Assembly: GCA_964244665.1 (NCBI GenBank)
Contig: CAXTJO010000011.1
Coordinates: forward strand, 430 to 64,429
Direction of reading: 5' to 3'
Length of the DNA: 64,000 nt
Source of the DNA: an uncultured Terriglobus sp.
Lineage (GTDB): Bacteria > Acidobacteriota > Terriglobia > Terriglobales > Acidobacteriaceae
The notes under the pieces: model-generated
What the model was told of the DNA's origin: nothing
What the model saw: the letters and a program-made list of their open reading frames with translations, nothing else
Databases searched by the model: none
In this document: positions 1-10,257 of the stretch, in pieces
Layout of the letters: the number at the start of each line of letters is the position of its first letter
How positions within the stretch are numbered: the stretch's first letter is position 1
Program-made: the position numbers and the translations under genes

Positions 1-421
<421 letters not shown>

Positions 422-490
422 TCAGTGCTTGTGCGGACGTGCGCGGACCGGAGCGCCGGGTGGGGCACCGGTCCGCTTGTTATTTTGCGT

Positions 491-1588
491 TTACGCGAGA
501 GACTTGCGGCGTTTGCCGTTAAGGCCGCGGTCGCGCGGGATGCGTTTGGCGCCGCCGAGGAGCATGAGGAGCAGGGCCTTTTGCGCGTGGAGGCGATTTT
601 CAGCCTGGTCGAAGACGATGGATTGGGGCGAGTCGATGACGGCGTCTGTGACCTCCTGGCCGCGGTGGGCGGGCAGGCAGTGCATGAAGACGGCGTGGTC
701 CGACGCCTGCGCCATGAGGGCTTCGTTGACCTGGTAGGGCTTGAAGATGGGGGTGCGTTTGGTGGTTTCGTTTTCCTGGCCCATGCTGATGCAGACGTCG
801 GTGTAGACGGCATCGGCCCCGGCGACGGCTTTCGCGGCGTCGTGCATGAGCTGGATGGAGCCGCCGGTTTGCTCGGCGAGCGCGATGGCCTGGTGGATGA
901 TGTCGAGCTCGGGCTCGTAGCCTTTGGGTGTGGCGACGGTGACGTGGGTGCCGAGGAGAGCGCCTGCCAGCATGAGCGAGTGGCAGACGTTGTTGCCGTC
1001 GCCGACGTAGGTGAATTTGAGGCCCTCGCAGGAGCCGAAACGTTCTTCGAGGGTGAAGAAGTCGGCGAGTGCCTGGCAGGGGTGTTCGTAGTCGGAAAGG
1101 GCGTTGATGACGGGGATTCTGGAGTTGTCGCCGATCTCGGTGACGGTGTCGTGCGCGTAGGTGCGGAGAACGATGACGTCGACCCAGCGCTCGATATTGT
1201 GCGCGACGTCGGCGAGGGATTCGCGCTCACCGAGAACGGAGCTGGTCTGGTCGACGAAGATGGCGTTGCCGCCGCAGGTGTTGATGGCGGCTTCAAAGGT
1301 GAGCCGTGTGCGGAGGGACGCTTTCTCGAAGATGAGGACCATCTGCTTTGCGTCAAGGGCGTGGCGGAAGTCTTCGGGATGGGTTTTGACGGCGTGTGCA
1401 AGCTCCATGACGGCGGCCATTTCCTGGACGGAAAGGTTGGTAATGGAGGCGAGGCCGCGGCCCCGAAGGCCTTTAGCGGCCTCGGTGAATGCGGCGTCGG
1501 ACTGGATGCCGAGCGGAACTTTGGGCTTTGGCGCATCGCCGGCCGTGTCCCGGCTGTCCGGCATCATGACAACAGTTTTGCTACCCAT
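491..1588 (-). CDS. argF: Ornithine carbamoyltransferase
   Basis: FEKASLRTR, HPCQALAD, GDGNNV, DxxxSMG and HCLP motifs; arg operon context. Confidence 0.93.
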   Translation of the reverse strand: MGSKTVVMMPDSRDTAGDAPKPKVPLGIQSDAAFTEAAKGLRGRGLASITNLSVQEMAAVMELAHAVKTHPEDFRHALDAKQMVLIFEKASLRTRLTFEAAINTCGGNAIFVDQTSSVLGERESLADVAHNIERWVDVIVLRTYAHDTVTEIGDNSRIPVINALSDYEHPCQALADFFTLEERFGSCEGLKFTYVGDGNNVCHSLMLAGALLGTHVTVATPKGYEPELDIIHQAIALAEQTGGSIQLMHDAAKAVAGADAVYTDVCISMGQENETTKRTPIFKPYQVNEALMAQASDHAVFMHCLPAHRGQEVTDAVIDSPQSIVFDQAENRLHAQKALLLMLLGGAKRIPRDRGLNGKRRKSLA

Positions 1589-2858
1589 GGACCGCTTCCT
1601 CTGCCTGCAGCGTTTCAGACTGTGCGGGCTTTTTAGTGTTCACGTTTTCAGATTCTTGCAGGAGATCGTCAAGTGCCGCGACGGTGGCATCGACCTGGGT
1701 ACGGGTGATGAGGAATGGCGGCAGAAAGCGGAGGACGGTCTCGCTGGTGCGGTTGAGCAGGGTGTGGCGCTCGAACATCATGCGGTGTTGAAGCTCGCCG
1801 GCGAGGTCGGCGGAGTGCATGTCGACGCCGATCATGAGGCCGGTGCCGCGGACTTCGGCGATGCTGGCGTGCCGCGTTGCGAGCGATTCGAGCTGCGCGA
1901 GGAAGTAGCTGCCGACGTCGTGAACGTGGTCGAGCAGACCGGTGTCGGTGATCTCGTCGATGACGGCGATGGCGACGGCGCAGGCGAGCGGGCCGCCGCC
2001 GAAGGTGGTGCCGTGCATGCCGGGGGTGATGGCGCGCGCGGCTTCTTCGTTGCAGAGCATGGCACCCATGGGCAGGCCGCCGGCGATGGGCTTGGCGAGG
2101 GTGGTGACGTCGGGCATGGCCGAGTAATGCTGGTAGGCGCACCATTTGCCGGTGCGGCCCATACCGCTTTGGATTTCGTCGGCGAGGAAGAGTGCGCCGG
2201 TGGTATCGCAGAGCTCGCGGCAGGCGGCGAAGAAGTCGGGAGAGACGGGGTGGATGCCGCCTTCGCCCTGGAGGGACTCGATGCAGATCGCGCAGATGTC
2301 GGTGGAGAAGGCCTCCCGGAGGGCGTCGACATCGTTGAACGGAACGAAGGTGACGCCTGGCATGACGGGCTGGAAGGGCTCGCGGTATTTCTGCTTGTGT
2401 GTGGTGGCGACGGAGCCCATGGTGCGGCCATGGAAGGAATGCTCAAGCGCGATCATGCGGGTGCCAATCTCGCGGCCCTCGGAGCGGAGCAGGGCGGCGT
2501 GGGCGCGGGCGAGCTTGAGCGCGGCCTCCCATGCCTCGGTGCCGCTGTTGCAGAGGAAGGCGCGATCCATGCCGGTGAGCTCGGTGAGCTTGAGTGCGAG
2601 CGTGGCGGTGCCGTCGTGGAAGAAGAGGTTGGAGGTGTGCAGCAGGCCGGTTTCGGTCTGGGCGAGAATGGCGCGATTGATGGCGGGATGGTTGTAGCCG
2701 AGGCCGCAGACGCCGATGCCGCTGAGCAGGTCAAGATATTCCGTGCCCCCGTCGTCGTACAGGTGCACGCCTTCGCCGCGCGTGAACAGGATGGGGTGAC
2801 GATCGTAGGTGTGGAGCAGGAGTTTTTGCTCTGCGGCCTCCGTGGCAACAAGGTTCAT
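1581..2858 (-). CDS. argD: Acetylornithine aminotransferase (class III PLP)
   Basis: NSGTEAWEAALK, SFHGRT, DEIQSGMGRTG, AKPIAGG, HGTTFGG; start MNLVAT at 2858 with GGAGG upstream. Confidence 0.94.
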   Translation of the reverse strand: MNLVATEAAEQKLLLHTYDRHPILFTRGEGVHLYDDGGTEYLDLLSGIGVCGLGYNHPAINRAILAQTETGLLHTSNLFFHDGTATLALKLTELTGMDRAFLCNSGTEAWEAALKLARAHAALLRSEGREIGTRMIALEHSFHGRTMGSVATTHKQKYREPFQPVMPGVTFVPFNDVDALREAFSTDICAICIESLQGEGGIHPVSPDFFAACRELCDTTGALFLADEIQSGMGRTGKWCAYQHYSAMPDVTTLAKPIAGGLPMGAMLCNEEAARAITPGMHGTTFGGGPLACAVAIAVIDEITDTGLLDHVHDVGSYFLAQLESLATRHASIAEVRGTGLMIGVDMHSADLAGELQHRMMFERHTLLNRTSETVLRFLPPFLITRTQVDATVAALDDLLQESENVNTKKPAQSETLQAEEAVHG

Positions 2859-2944
2859 GTGTGCTGCACCTCCGGCGATTTTGTTCATGCTGTCCGTCCT
2901 GTTCTGTTGCGTGGAGTTTGGGTGGAGAGGAGCCTGGGGAGGCA

Positions 2945-3727
2945 TCATGCGACCATGACCTCCGTGCCGTCGTTGACGCGGCTGCTGATGAGGTCGGGCA
3001 GGACCTTTGCGGCGCCGGCGGGAAGGATGCGGACGCGTTTGACGCCGGCGTTGAGGGCGTCGCGGCAGGCGTTGAGCTTGGGGAGCATGCCGCCGGTGAT
3101 GATGCAATTTTTCTCGAGCTGGGGAATCTCCTTGAGGGAGAGCCAGCGCAGGATTTTGCCGTCCGCGCCCTTGACACCGGGGACATCGGTGAGGAAGACG
3201 AGGGCGTCTGCCTGGACGCAGGCGGCGGTGGCGGAGGCCATCTCGTCGGCGTTGATGTTGTAGTATTCGCCGTCGAAACCGAGGGCGATGGAGCTGATGA
3301 CCGGGACAGCGTTCATGGTCCAGATGGCTTCGAGCCAGCGGGGGTCGGTGGCGGTGATTTCGCCGACGAAGCCGAGGTCGGGTACTGTTTTCTTTTTGCG
3401 TGCGCGGAAGACCTGACCGTCGCCGCCACAGATGCCGACAGCGGACTGACCCTGCTGGTTGAGCGAGGCAACGAGGGACTTGTTGACACGGCCGGCGAGG
3501 ACCATGACCGCGGCATCGCGGGTTTCAGCATCGGTGACGCGCAGGCCGCTGATGAACTGACTATGCTTGCCCATTTGTGCGAGCGTGCGGGTTAGCTGCA
3601 CGCCGCCGCCGTGCACGATGGCGACCTTGTGGCCGTCGCTGACGAGTTCCGCAATGGCCTTGCCGATGGCGTGCAGCAACTCCGGTCTTTCGAGCGAGGC
3701 ACCGCCAAGTTTGACGACGTACTTCAC
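2945..3727 (-). CDS. argB: Acetylglutamate kinase
   Basis: VVKLGG, VHGGG, GLRVTD, NINAD, LTDVPGV, GGMLPK; GTG start with GGAGG. Confidence 0.95.
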   Translation of the reverse strand: MKYVVKLGGASLERPELLHAIGKAIAELVSDGHKVAIVHGGGVQLTRTLAQMGKHSQFISGLRVTDAETRDAAVMVLAGRVNKSLVASLNQQGQSAVGICGGDGQVFRARKKKTVPDLGFVGEITATDPRWLEAIWTMNAVPVISSIALGFDGEYYNINADEMASATAACVQADALVFLTDVPGVKGADGKILRWLSLKEIPQLEKNCIITGGMLPKLNACRDALNAGVKRVRILPAGAAKVLPDLISSRVNDGTEVMVA

Positions 3728-4833
3728 AGCAGGCCCTCCGTTTCGTTCCAGCCGCACATGACGTTGAGATTTTGGACAGCCTGACCGGCGGCGCCTTTGA
3801 GCAGGTTGTCGAGGCAGCTGACGATGAGAACATCGCGGCCATTGGGGCCAAGCTCGAAGCCGATGTCGCAGAAGCTGGTGCGGACAACGTCCTGGATTTG
3901 CGGCAGCACACCGGCGGGTCGCATGCGCACCATGGGGCTTTGCCGATAGAAGTCGCGCAGGCCATGGAGCTCTGCGGCACTGAGCGAGCAGTTGAGCCGC
4001 AGATAGATGGTGGACAGGATGCCGCGCGGAATCGGGAGCAAATGGGGCGTGAAGCGGATGTGGTCGCGGGTGAGGTGCAGCTGTTCGAGCAATTCGCCGG
4101 TGTGGCGATGGCCGAAGACGTTGTAGGCGGAGAGGTTGTCCGCGGCGTGCATGAAGTGCGTGTTCGCGGTGGCTGCCTTGCCGGCACCGCTGACGCCACT
4201 CTTGCTGTCGCAGACAATGCCGTGGGCGAGATCGACGATGCCGGCCTGCACGAAAGGGGCGAGCGCGAGGAGGATGGAGGTGGCATAGCAGCCGGGATTG
4301 GCAACGAGGCGGGCGGTGCGAATGGTGGTGCGGTGCAGTTCGGGGCTACCGTAAACCGTCTCTGCCTGGAGCGATGCGGCGAGTACGGGGTCGGCGTCGG
4401 TTAGCTTGTAGACGGCGGCGTTGCTGGGGTTGTGGAGCCGCCATGCGCCGGAGAGGTCGATGACGCGCAGGCCGCTGGCGAGTGCCTGCGGCACCCACTC
4501 GCGGGATTGCTCGTGCGGCGTGGCGAGGAACAGGACCTCGGTGCCGCTGTCGCGCAGTGACTGCCAGGTGAACGGCACGATGTGTGGGCTAGGCTTGCCG
4601 TCGTTACGTGCGAGCTGCGGGTGCAGGTCGTAGAGCGGCGTTGCGGGTGCGCCTGCGTCCATGCGACCGAGGAAAAGCGGTGTGTCGTTTCTCAGGCGAG
4701 GATGGCCGAGCAGCAGGCGTGCCAGCTCCGCGCCGGAATAGCCGGAGACGCCTGCGACGGCGGTTCGCACTGACGACGCGACCGGAGGGCTGACGGTCCT
4801 GGTCGCCGGTTCGTTTTGTAGGAGTACGCTCAA
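3724..4833 (-). CDS. argC: N-acetyl-gamma-glutamyl-phosphate reductase
   Basis: GVSGYSG, ANPGCY, SGVSGAG, DNLLKGAAGQAVQN; probable TTG start overlapping argR stop (start uncertain). Confidence 0.94.
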   Translation of the reverse strand: MSVLLQNEPATRTVSPPVASSVRTAVAGVSGYSGAELARLLLGHPRLRNDTPLFLGRMDAGAPATPLYDLHPQLARNDGKPSPHIVPFTWQSLRDSGTEVLFLATPHEQSREWVPQALASGLRVIDLSGAWRLHNPSNAAVYKLTDADPVLAASLQAETVYGSPELHRTTIRTARLVANPGCYATSILLALAPFVQAGIVDLAHGIVCDSKSGVSGAGKAATANTHFMHAADNLSAYNVFGHRHTGELLEQLHLTRDHIRFTPHLLPIPRGILSTIYLRLNCSLSAAELHGLRDFYRQSPMVRMRPAGVLPQIQDVVRTSFCDIGFELGPNGRDVLIVSCLDNLLKGAAGQAVQNLNVMCGWNETEGLL

Positions 4834-5264
4834 CCGATCAGACCTTCCATGCGCTCTTTGAGGATTGCGGCTTTTACGGCGTCTTCGCAGATCACCAGCA
4901 CGGTGTCGTCGCCGGCGATGGTGCCCATCAGCTCCGGCCAATCTTCGTAATCGAGCGCCGCCGCGACGGGTTGAGCGCTGCCTGTGGTGGTGATGACGAT
5001 GAGCAGGTTTTGCGCCTGCTTGACCTCGAGCCCAAAATTTTCAAGGGTCTCCTTGATCGCCGGAACGTCGTCCTCTTCTTCGGGACTGGCGAGTGCATAT
5101 CCATTCGGGCCCTTGTAGATATGGAGCTCGTGCATGTCGCGCGACAGGGTGGCCTGGGTGACGGTAAAGCCGCTCTTCATGAGCTGCCGGCGCAAGGCAT
5201 CCTGCGAAAGAACCGAGGAGGTGCCCAGGAGCTCACGAATTGCTTGATGTCGCTGCTGTTTCAT
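4830..5264 (-). CDS. argR: Arginine repressor
   Basis: TQATLSRD helix and GTIAGDDT arginine-binding motif. Confidence 0.96.
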   Translation of the reverse strand: MKQQRHQAIRELLGTSSVLSQDALRRQLMKSGFTVTQATLSRDMHELHIYKGPNGYALASPEEEDDVPAIKETLENFGLEVKQAQNLLIVITTTGSAQPVAAALDYEDWPELMGTIAGDDTVLVICEDAVKAAILKERMEGLIG

Positions 5265-5385
5265 GGGCTCCGAGGCAGGCTTGCCGCTATGGAAACGACA
5301 GCAGAGAAGGTGAAACTGGATGCGGATGCCAGAAGCATTCCACTTTTGTGATTACACATGAACGGATGATGAATGTCACGCCGGA

Positions 5386-5423
5386 GATGCATAAATATGC
5401 AACAGTATGTATAACTATACAGG
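5386..5423. promoter_or_regulatory. Tandem ARG boxes (ArgR operator)
   Basis: GATGCATAAATATGCAAC (5386-5403) and TATGTATAACTATACAGG (5406-5423), two 18-bp imperfect palindromes 2 bp apart, AT-rich, between argR and gltB. Confidence 0.85.
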
Positions 5424-5526
5424 ACAGAGATCGCCGATGGCGCTCTGCTCCCCGATTCCTGAAAACAAAAGAAGAACACGCCCGAAACCGGTCGTTTTGC
5501 GCCGTTTCGGCCATGTAGGATGACCC

Positions 5527-8500
5527 ATGGACACCACTGTTTCAGTTTCCCGCTGCCCCGAGGCGGTCTCTCGTTTGTGGAACGCCGACGACCCCATGCG
5601 GGTGCCGTCGCTGATTGATGCACGCTTTGAGCGCGATTCCTGCGGCGTGGGTTTTGTGGCGTCGAGTAAGAATGTGGCATCGCACCAGATTTTGCAGGAC
5701 GCACTGACGGCGCTTGGCCGGCTTGCGCACCGGGGCGCGGTTGCGGCGGACGGTAAAAGTTCGGACGGCGTGGGTATTGCCGCGGCAATTCCGCGGGAGC
5801 TGCTGCTGCGGGAGACCGGCGTCGAGCTTGGCGCGGCGATGCCGCTGGCGGTGGGTGTGCTGTTCAGCCACACGGACGCGGAGAAGAATGAGGCGGCGCT
5901 GGAGAGCTGCATCGGCGCGCAGGGTTTGCGGAGCCTTGGCTGGCGTACGGTGCCGATCGACCCGGGCACGCTGGGGGAGATTGCGCTGGGGTCCATGCCG
6001 AGCATTCGCCATCTGCTGGTGACGGATGACGGTGCGGAGCCTGGCGTTTCGCCGATTGAGGCGACAGAGCGGAAGCTCTATCTTGCGCGGAAAGAGTTTG
6101 AGCGGCGGTTCGAAGCGGGTGAGGTCACGGGCTATGTTGCGTCGCTGTCTGCGCGTGTGATTGTGTATAAATCGCTGTGTATCGGGCGGCTGCTGCCGGC
6201 GTTTTATGCCGACCTGCGGGACCCGAGTTATGTGACGCCGTTTGCGCTGTTTCATCAGCGGTACGCAACGAACACGACACCGGCGTGGCACCGTGCACAG
6301 CCGGGGCGGATGCTGGCGCACAACGGCGAGATCAACACCGTGTGGGGAAACCGCGCACGCATGGAGGCGCGCTACAGCACGCTGCCGGCGGAGTGCCAGC
6401 CGATTTTGACGAAGGATGGAACGGACTCGACGTCGCTGGACGAGACGGTGGAGCTGCTGACGCGCAATGGCCGGACGGTGGCCGAGGCGATCCGGATTCT
6501 GCTGCCGCCCGCCGTGACGGAACATCCGTCAGCGTTTTTGCAATACCACCGCGATACGGCTGAGCCGTGGGATGGGCCGGCGGCGCTGGGTTTTACGGAT
6601 GGGCGGTATGTTGGGTCGGCGCTGGACCGCAACGGGCTGCGGCCAACGCGGTATGCGTTTACGGCAGACGGGTTGGTGGTGGCGGGGTCGGAGGCGGGCC
6701 TGGTCGATCTCGATCCGGAGCAGGTCGTGCACAGCGGGCGGCTGGGGCCGGGACAGATGCTGGTGGTGGATCTGCAGGAGCAGAAGGTGTACGAGAACGA
6801 GGCGCTGCTGGACCTGTTCGACGCGGACGGCAGTTATGCCGCGATGGCGGATGACCGGATGATTGAGGCGGAGTGGGTAGACCTGCCGCCGACCGATACT
6901 GCCGCGGTGGAGCGGGCGCAGAAGAATTTCGGTTATACGCGGGAAGACATGCGCATGGTGCTGCAGCCGATGTTTGCCGAGGGCAAGGATGCGGTGTGGT
7001 CGATGGGGGATGACACACCGCTGGCGTACCTGGCGAAGGCGCCGCGGCCCGTGTACGCGTATTTTCGGCAGCGTTTTGCGCAGGTGACGAACCCGGCGAT
7101 CGATCCGTTGCGCGAGGCGGTGGTGGTGTCGCTGCACACGCGGCTGGGGCCGTGGTCGCACCTGCTGGACAGGCATGCGGCGCTGCCGGGGATCTCGTTG
7201 CGGACGCCGTTTTTATCCGTCGGCAAGCTGGAGGCGTTGCGGCAGGGCCGTTACCCGCATGCCGAGTCGCTGCGGCTGCGGGAGCTGAAGTGTGTGTTTT
7301 CGGCGCGGTTTTCGCTGGGGATCGGCGTGGAGGCGCTGTGCGCGAACGCGATCGAACTGGTGCGGGAGGGTACGGAGATCCTGCTGTTGAGCGACCGCAA
7401 TGCGTCGGCGGACGAGCTGCCGATTCCGATGGCGATTGCGGTGGCGGTGGTGCACCATGCGCTGGTGGAGGCGGGTTTGCGTACATGCACGGGCATTGCG
7501 GTGGAGGCGGCGGATGTGCGGGATGTGCACCATGCGGCGGTGCTGATCGGCTATGGCGCGGGTGCGGTGTGCCCGTGGCTGGCGCTGGAGACGGCGCGTG
7601 CGTCGAACCCCGACGAGCCGAATGCGCCCGAGGTGCGGATGCTGAAGGCCTTCGACGCGGGGCTGGCGAAGATCATGTCGAAGATGGGCATCAGCGTGGT
7701 GGACAGCTATCGCGGAGCGTACCAGTTCGACATTTTGGGGTTGAGCCGGGAGGTGGTGGACCGGTGCTTTCCGCTGACACCGGCGCCGCTGGGCGGCATT
7801 GGGTTTGCGGAGATCGAACGCAGCGTGCGGACGCTGTGGAGCGCGGTGCCAGCGGAGGCGGCAGTCAAGGCGGAGTTGCCGGATTATGGGTGGGTGAAGT
7901 TTCGCCGAGCCGACGTGACGGAGCCGCACGCGTGGGCGCCGATGACGGTGAAGGCGTTGCAGAGTGTCGTGGGCAGCGCGCGGAATGTGCCCATGCCGGT
8001 GGATTCAGCGGAGGCTTTCCGCATCTTTTCCGACGAGGCTTCGGCGAAGGAGCCCGCGAATCTGCGCGATCTGCTGGAGATTCGGCCGGTGGGGCCGGAG
8101 GTGGCGCTGAGTGCCCTGGAGCCGGTGGGGGCGCTGCAGGCGCGGTTTGTTTCGAGCGCCATGTCGCTGGGATCGCTAAGCCCGGAGGCGCACGCCACGA
8201 TCACGATTGCGATGAACATGATCGGTGGGCGATCGAATACGGGGGAGGGCGGCGAGGATTCCGATGCGTACCGGCCGCACCCCGGCAATCGCCGTGTGCC
8301 TGAGCCCGGTGAGGGCAGCAGCTTTGTGAACAAGCCGGTGCCGAAGGGCAGCGAAGGTGGTGTTGCGGTAGCTGAGCCGATTGTGGAGGCGCCCGCCGTG
8401 CACACGCACCTGAACAACAAAATCAAGCAGATTGCGAGTGGACGTTTCGGGGTGACGGCGGAATACCTGGCGCATGCCGAGGAGATTGAGATCAAGGTGG

Positions 8501-10101
8501 CGCAGGGGGCCAAGCCGGGAGAAGGCGGGCAGCTGCCGGGCCACAAGGTGAGCGGGCTGATTGCACGGCTGCGGCACGCGCAACCGGGTGTGCCGTTGAT
8601 TTCGCCGCCGCCGCACCACGATATCTACTCCATCGAGGACCTGGCGCAGTTGATCTATGACCTGAAGCGGGTAAACCGGCGGGCGGCGGTGGGTGTGAAG
8701 CTGGTGTCGAGCTGCGGCGTGGGTACGGTTGCTGCGGGTGTGGCAAAGGCGTATGCGGACTACATCGTGATTGCCGGGAATGGTGGTGGCACAGGTGCTG
8801 CGGCGCTGAGCAGCATCAAGTACGCGGGCAACCCGTGGGAGCTTGGGCTGGCGGAGGCGCAGCAGGTGCTGATGCAGAACGGCATGCGCGGGCGCGTGCG
8901 GCTGCGGACGGACGGTGGCCTGGCGACGGCGCGGGACATCCTTGTCGCTGCGCTGCTGGGGGCGGACGAGTATGCGTTTGGGACGTCGGTGCTGGTGGCG
9001 ATCGGCTGTGACATGGCGCGGCAGTGTCATCTGAATACGTGTCCGACTGGAATTGCGACGCAGAGACCGGAGCTGCGGGCGCGGTTTCGAGGCAAGCCGG
9101 AGCACATTGTGCGGTTCTTCAACGAGTTGGCGAACGATTTGCAGCAACTGCTTGCATCGTATGGATTTAGCTCGATTGCGGAGGCGATTGGGCGAGTGGA
9201 TTTACTGGAGCAGGTGCGGACGGATGGTGAGTTGAACCTCTTGCCGATGCTGGCGCATTTGCCCAACGGGCCGGTGCAGTGGGCGGGACAGCGGAACGAC
9301 CGTCCGGAGAGCACGCCGGCGCTGGACGAGGCATGGGTCGAGCCGGCGCTGGAGGCGGTTAGGGCCGGCGCGGCGTTTGAGGTGGAAGCAGAGATTGCAA
9401 ACCGGGACAGGGCCGTTGGGTCGCGGATTGCGGGGGAGATTGCGACGCTGCGTGCCGCGGCGGAAACGCCGATGCCAACACCTGCCGTAACGCTCAGGCT
9501 GAATGGGACGGCGGGGCAGTCGTTCGGTGCATTTGCGGTGGAGGGGATGCACCTGATCCTGACGGGGCAGGCAAACGATTTTGTGGGCAAGGGGCTGAGC
9601 GGCGGCGAACTGGTGCTGCGGGCGCGCGGTTTGGCGGCAAAGAACTCCGGCGAGCATGTGATTTTGGGTAATGTGGCCTTGTATGGTGCGACCGGCGGTA
9701 AGTTGTTTGCGGCGGGCCGTGCGGGCGAGCGGTTTGCCGTGCGCAACAGCGGCGCGACGGCGGTGGTGGAGGGTGTGGGCGACCACGGCTGCGAGTACAT
9801 GACCGGCGGTGCCGTGGTGATTCTGGGTGCCATCGGCATGAATTTTGGCGCGGGGATGACGGGTGGCCTGACGTGGATTTATGACGAAGACGGGTCGGTG
9901 CTGGCGAAGCGGCGGTTCCATGAGGAGTTCCTGGTGGCGCGCGGATTTGCAGAGGCGGGCGAGAGCGCGCAGCGGGGTCTGCGCAGTCTGTTGGAGGAGC
10001 ATGCGGAGCGGAGCGGCAGTTCTTTGACGGCAGGGCTGCTGGGCGATTGGCCGAATGCGTCGGCGCGGTTTCTGCAACTGGTGCCGAAGCCACAGGTGTA
10101 G
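5527..10101 (+). CDS. gltB: Glutamate synthase large subunit
   Basis: CGVGF Ntn cysteine, HNGEINT, EPWDGPA, SNTGEGG, QGAKPGEGGQLPG, CxxxxxCxxxxC [3Fe-4S], GXGXG C-domain. Confidence 0.96.
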   Translation: MDTTVSVSRCPEAVSRLWNADDPMRVPSLIDARFERDSCGVGFVASSKNVASHQILQDALTALGRLAHRGAVAADGKSSDGVGIAAAIPRELLLRETGVELGAAMPLAVGVLFSHTDAEKNEAALESCIGAQGLRSLGWRTVPIDPGTLGEIALGSMPSIRHLLVTDDGAEPGVSPIEATERKLYLARKEFERRFEAGEVTGYVASLSARVIVYKSLCIGRLLPAFYADLRDPSYVTPFALFHQRYATNTTPAWHRAQPGRMLAHNGEINTVWGNRARMEARYSTLPAECQPILTKDGTDSTSLDETVELLTRNGRTVAEAIRILLPPAVTEHPSAFLQYHRDTAEPWDGPAALGFTDGRYVGSALDRNGLRPTRYAFTADGLVVAGSEAGLVDLDPEQVVHSGRLGPGQMLVVDLQEQKVYENEALLDLFDADGSYAAMADDRMIEAEWVDLPPTDTAAVERAQKNFGYTREDMRMVLQPMFAEGKDAVWSMGDDTPLAYLAKAPRPVYAYFRQRFAQVTNPAIDPLREAVVVSLHTRLGPWSHLLDRHAALPGISLRTPFLSVGKLEALRQGRYPHAESLRLRELKCVFSARFSLGIGVEALCANAIELVREGTEILLLSDRNASADELPIPMAIAVAVVHHALVEAGLRTCTGIAVEAADVRDVHHAAVLIGYGAGAVCPWLALETARASNPDEPNAPEVRMLKAFDAGLAKIMSKMGISVVDSYRGAYQFDILGLSREVVDRCFPLTPAPLGGIGFAEIERSVRTLWSAVPAEAAVKAELPDYGWVKFRRADVTEPHAWAPMTVKALQSVVGSARNVPMPVDSAEAFRIFSDEASAKEPANLRDLLEIRPVGPEVALSALEPVGALQARFVSSAMSLGSLSPEAHATITIAMNMIGGRSNTGEGGEDSDAYRPHPGNRRVPEPGEGSSFVNKPVPKGSEGGVAVAEPIVEAPAVHTHLNNKIKQIASGRFGVTAEYLAHAEEIEIKVAQGAKPGEGGQLPGHKVSGLIARLRHAQPGVPLISPPPHHDIYSIEDLAQLIYDLKRVNRRAAVGVKLVSSCGVGTVAAGVAKAYADYIVIAGNGGGTGAAALSSIKYAGNPWELGLAEAQQVLMQNGMRGRVRLRTDGGLATARDILVAALLGADEYAFGTSVLVAIGCDMARQCHLNTCPTGIATQRPELRARFRGKPEHIVRFFNELANDLQQLLASYGFSSIAEAIGRVDLLEQVRTDGELNLLPMLAHLPNGPVQWAGQRNDRPESTPALDEAWVEPALEAVRAGAAFEVEAEIANRDRAVGSRIAGEIATLRAAAETPMPTPAVTLRLNGTAGQSFGAFAVEGMHLILTGQANDFVGKGLSGGELVLRARGLAAKNSGEHVILGNVALYGATGGKLFAAGRAGERFAVRNSGATAVVEGVGDHGCEYMTGGAVVILGAIGMNFGAGMTGGLTWIYDEDGSVLAKRRFHEEFLVARGFAEAGESAQRGLRSLLEEHAERSGSSLTAGLLGDWPNASARFLQLVPKPQV

Positions 10102-10257
10102 ACGCCTGCGGTGCGGCTGCGGTTCGCGGGAACGAGGGTGGCAAGGTGGTGAGCGGGTTGTAGGCGCGTGCGTCCTGCCGTTCGGCAGCGTGCCGATGTA
10201 GCATGCATTTGTCTGCGAAGTGTGCGCCACGAGATGCACAGTCGACATGGGGAATGC

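Noticed and set aside
443-476. Hairpin between argF and argG as a terminator
   Set aside because: The T-rich tail lies on the antisense strand; more likely an mRNA-stability hairpin
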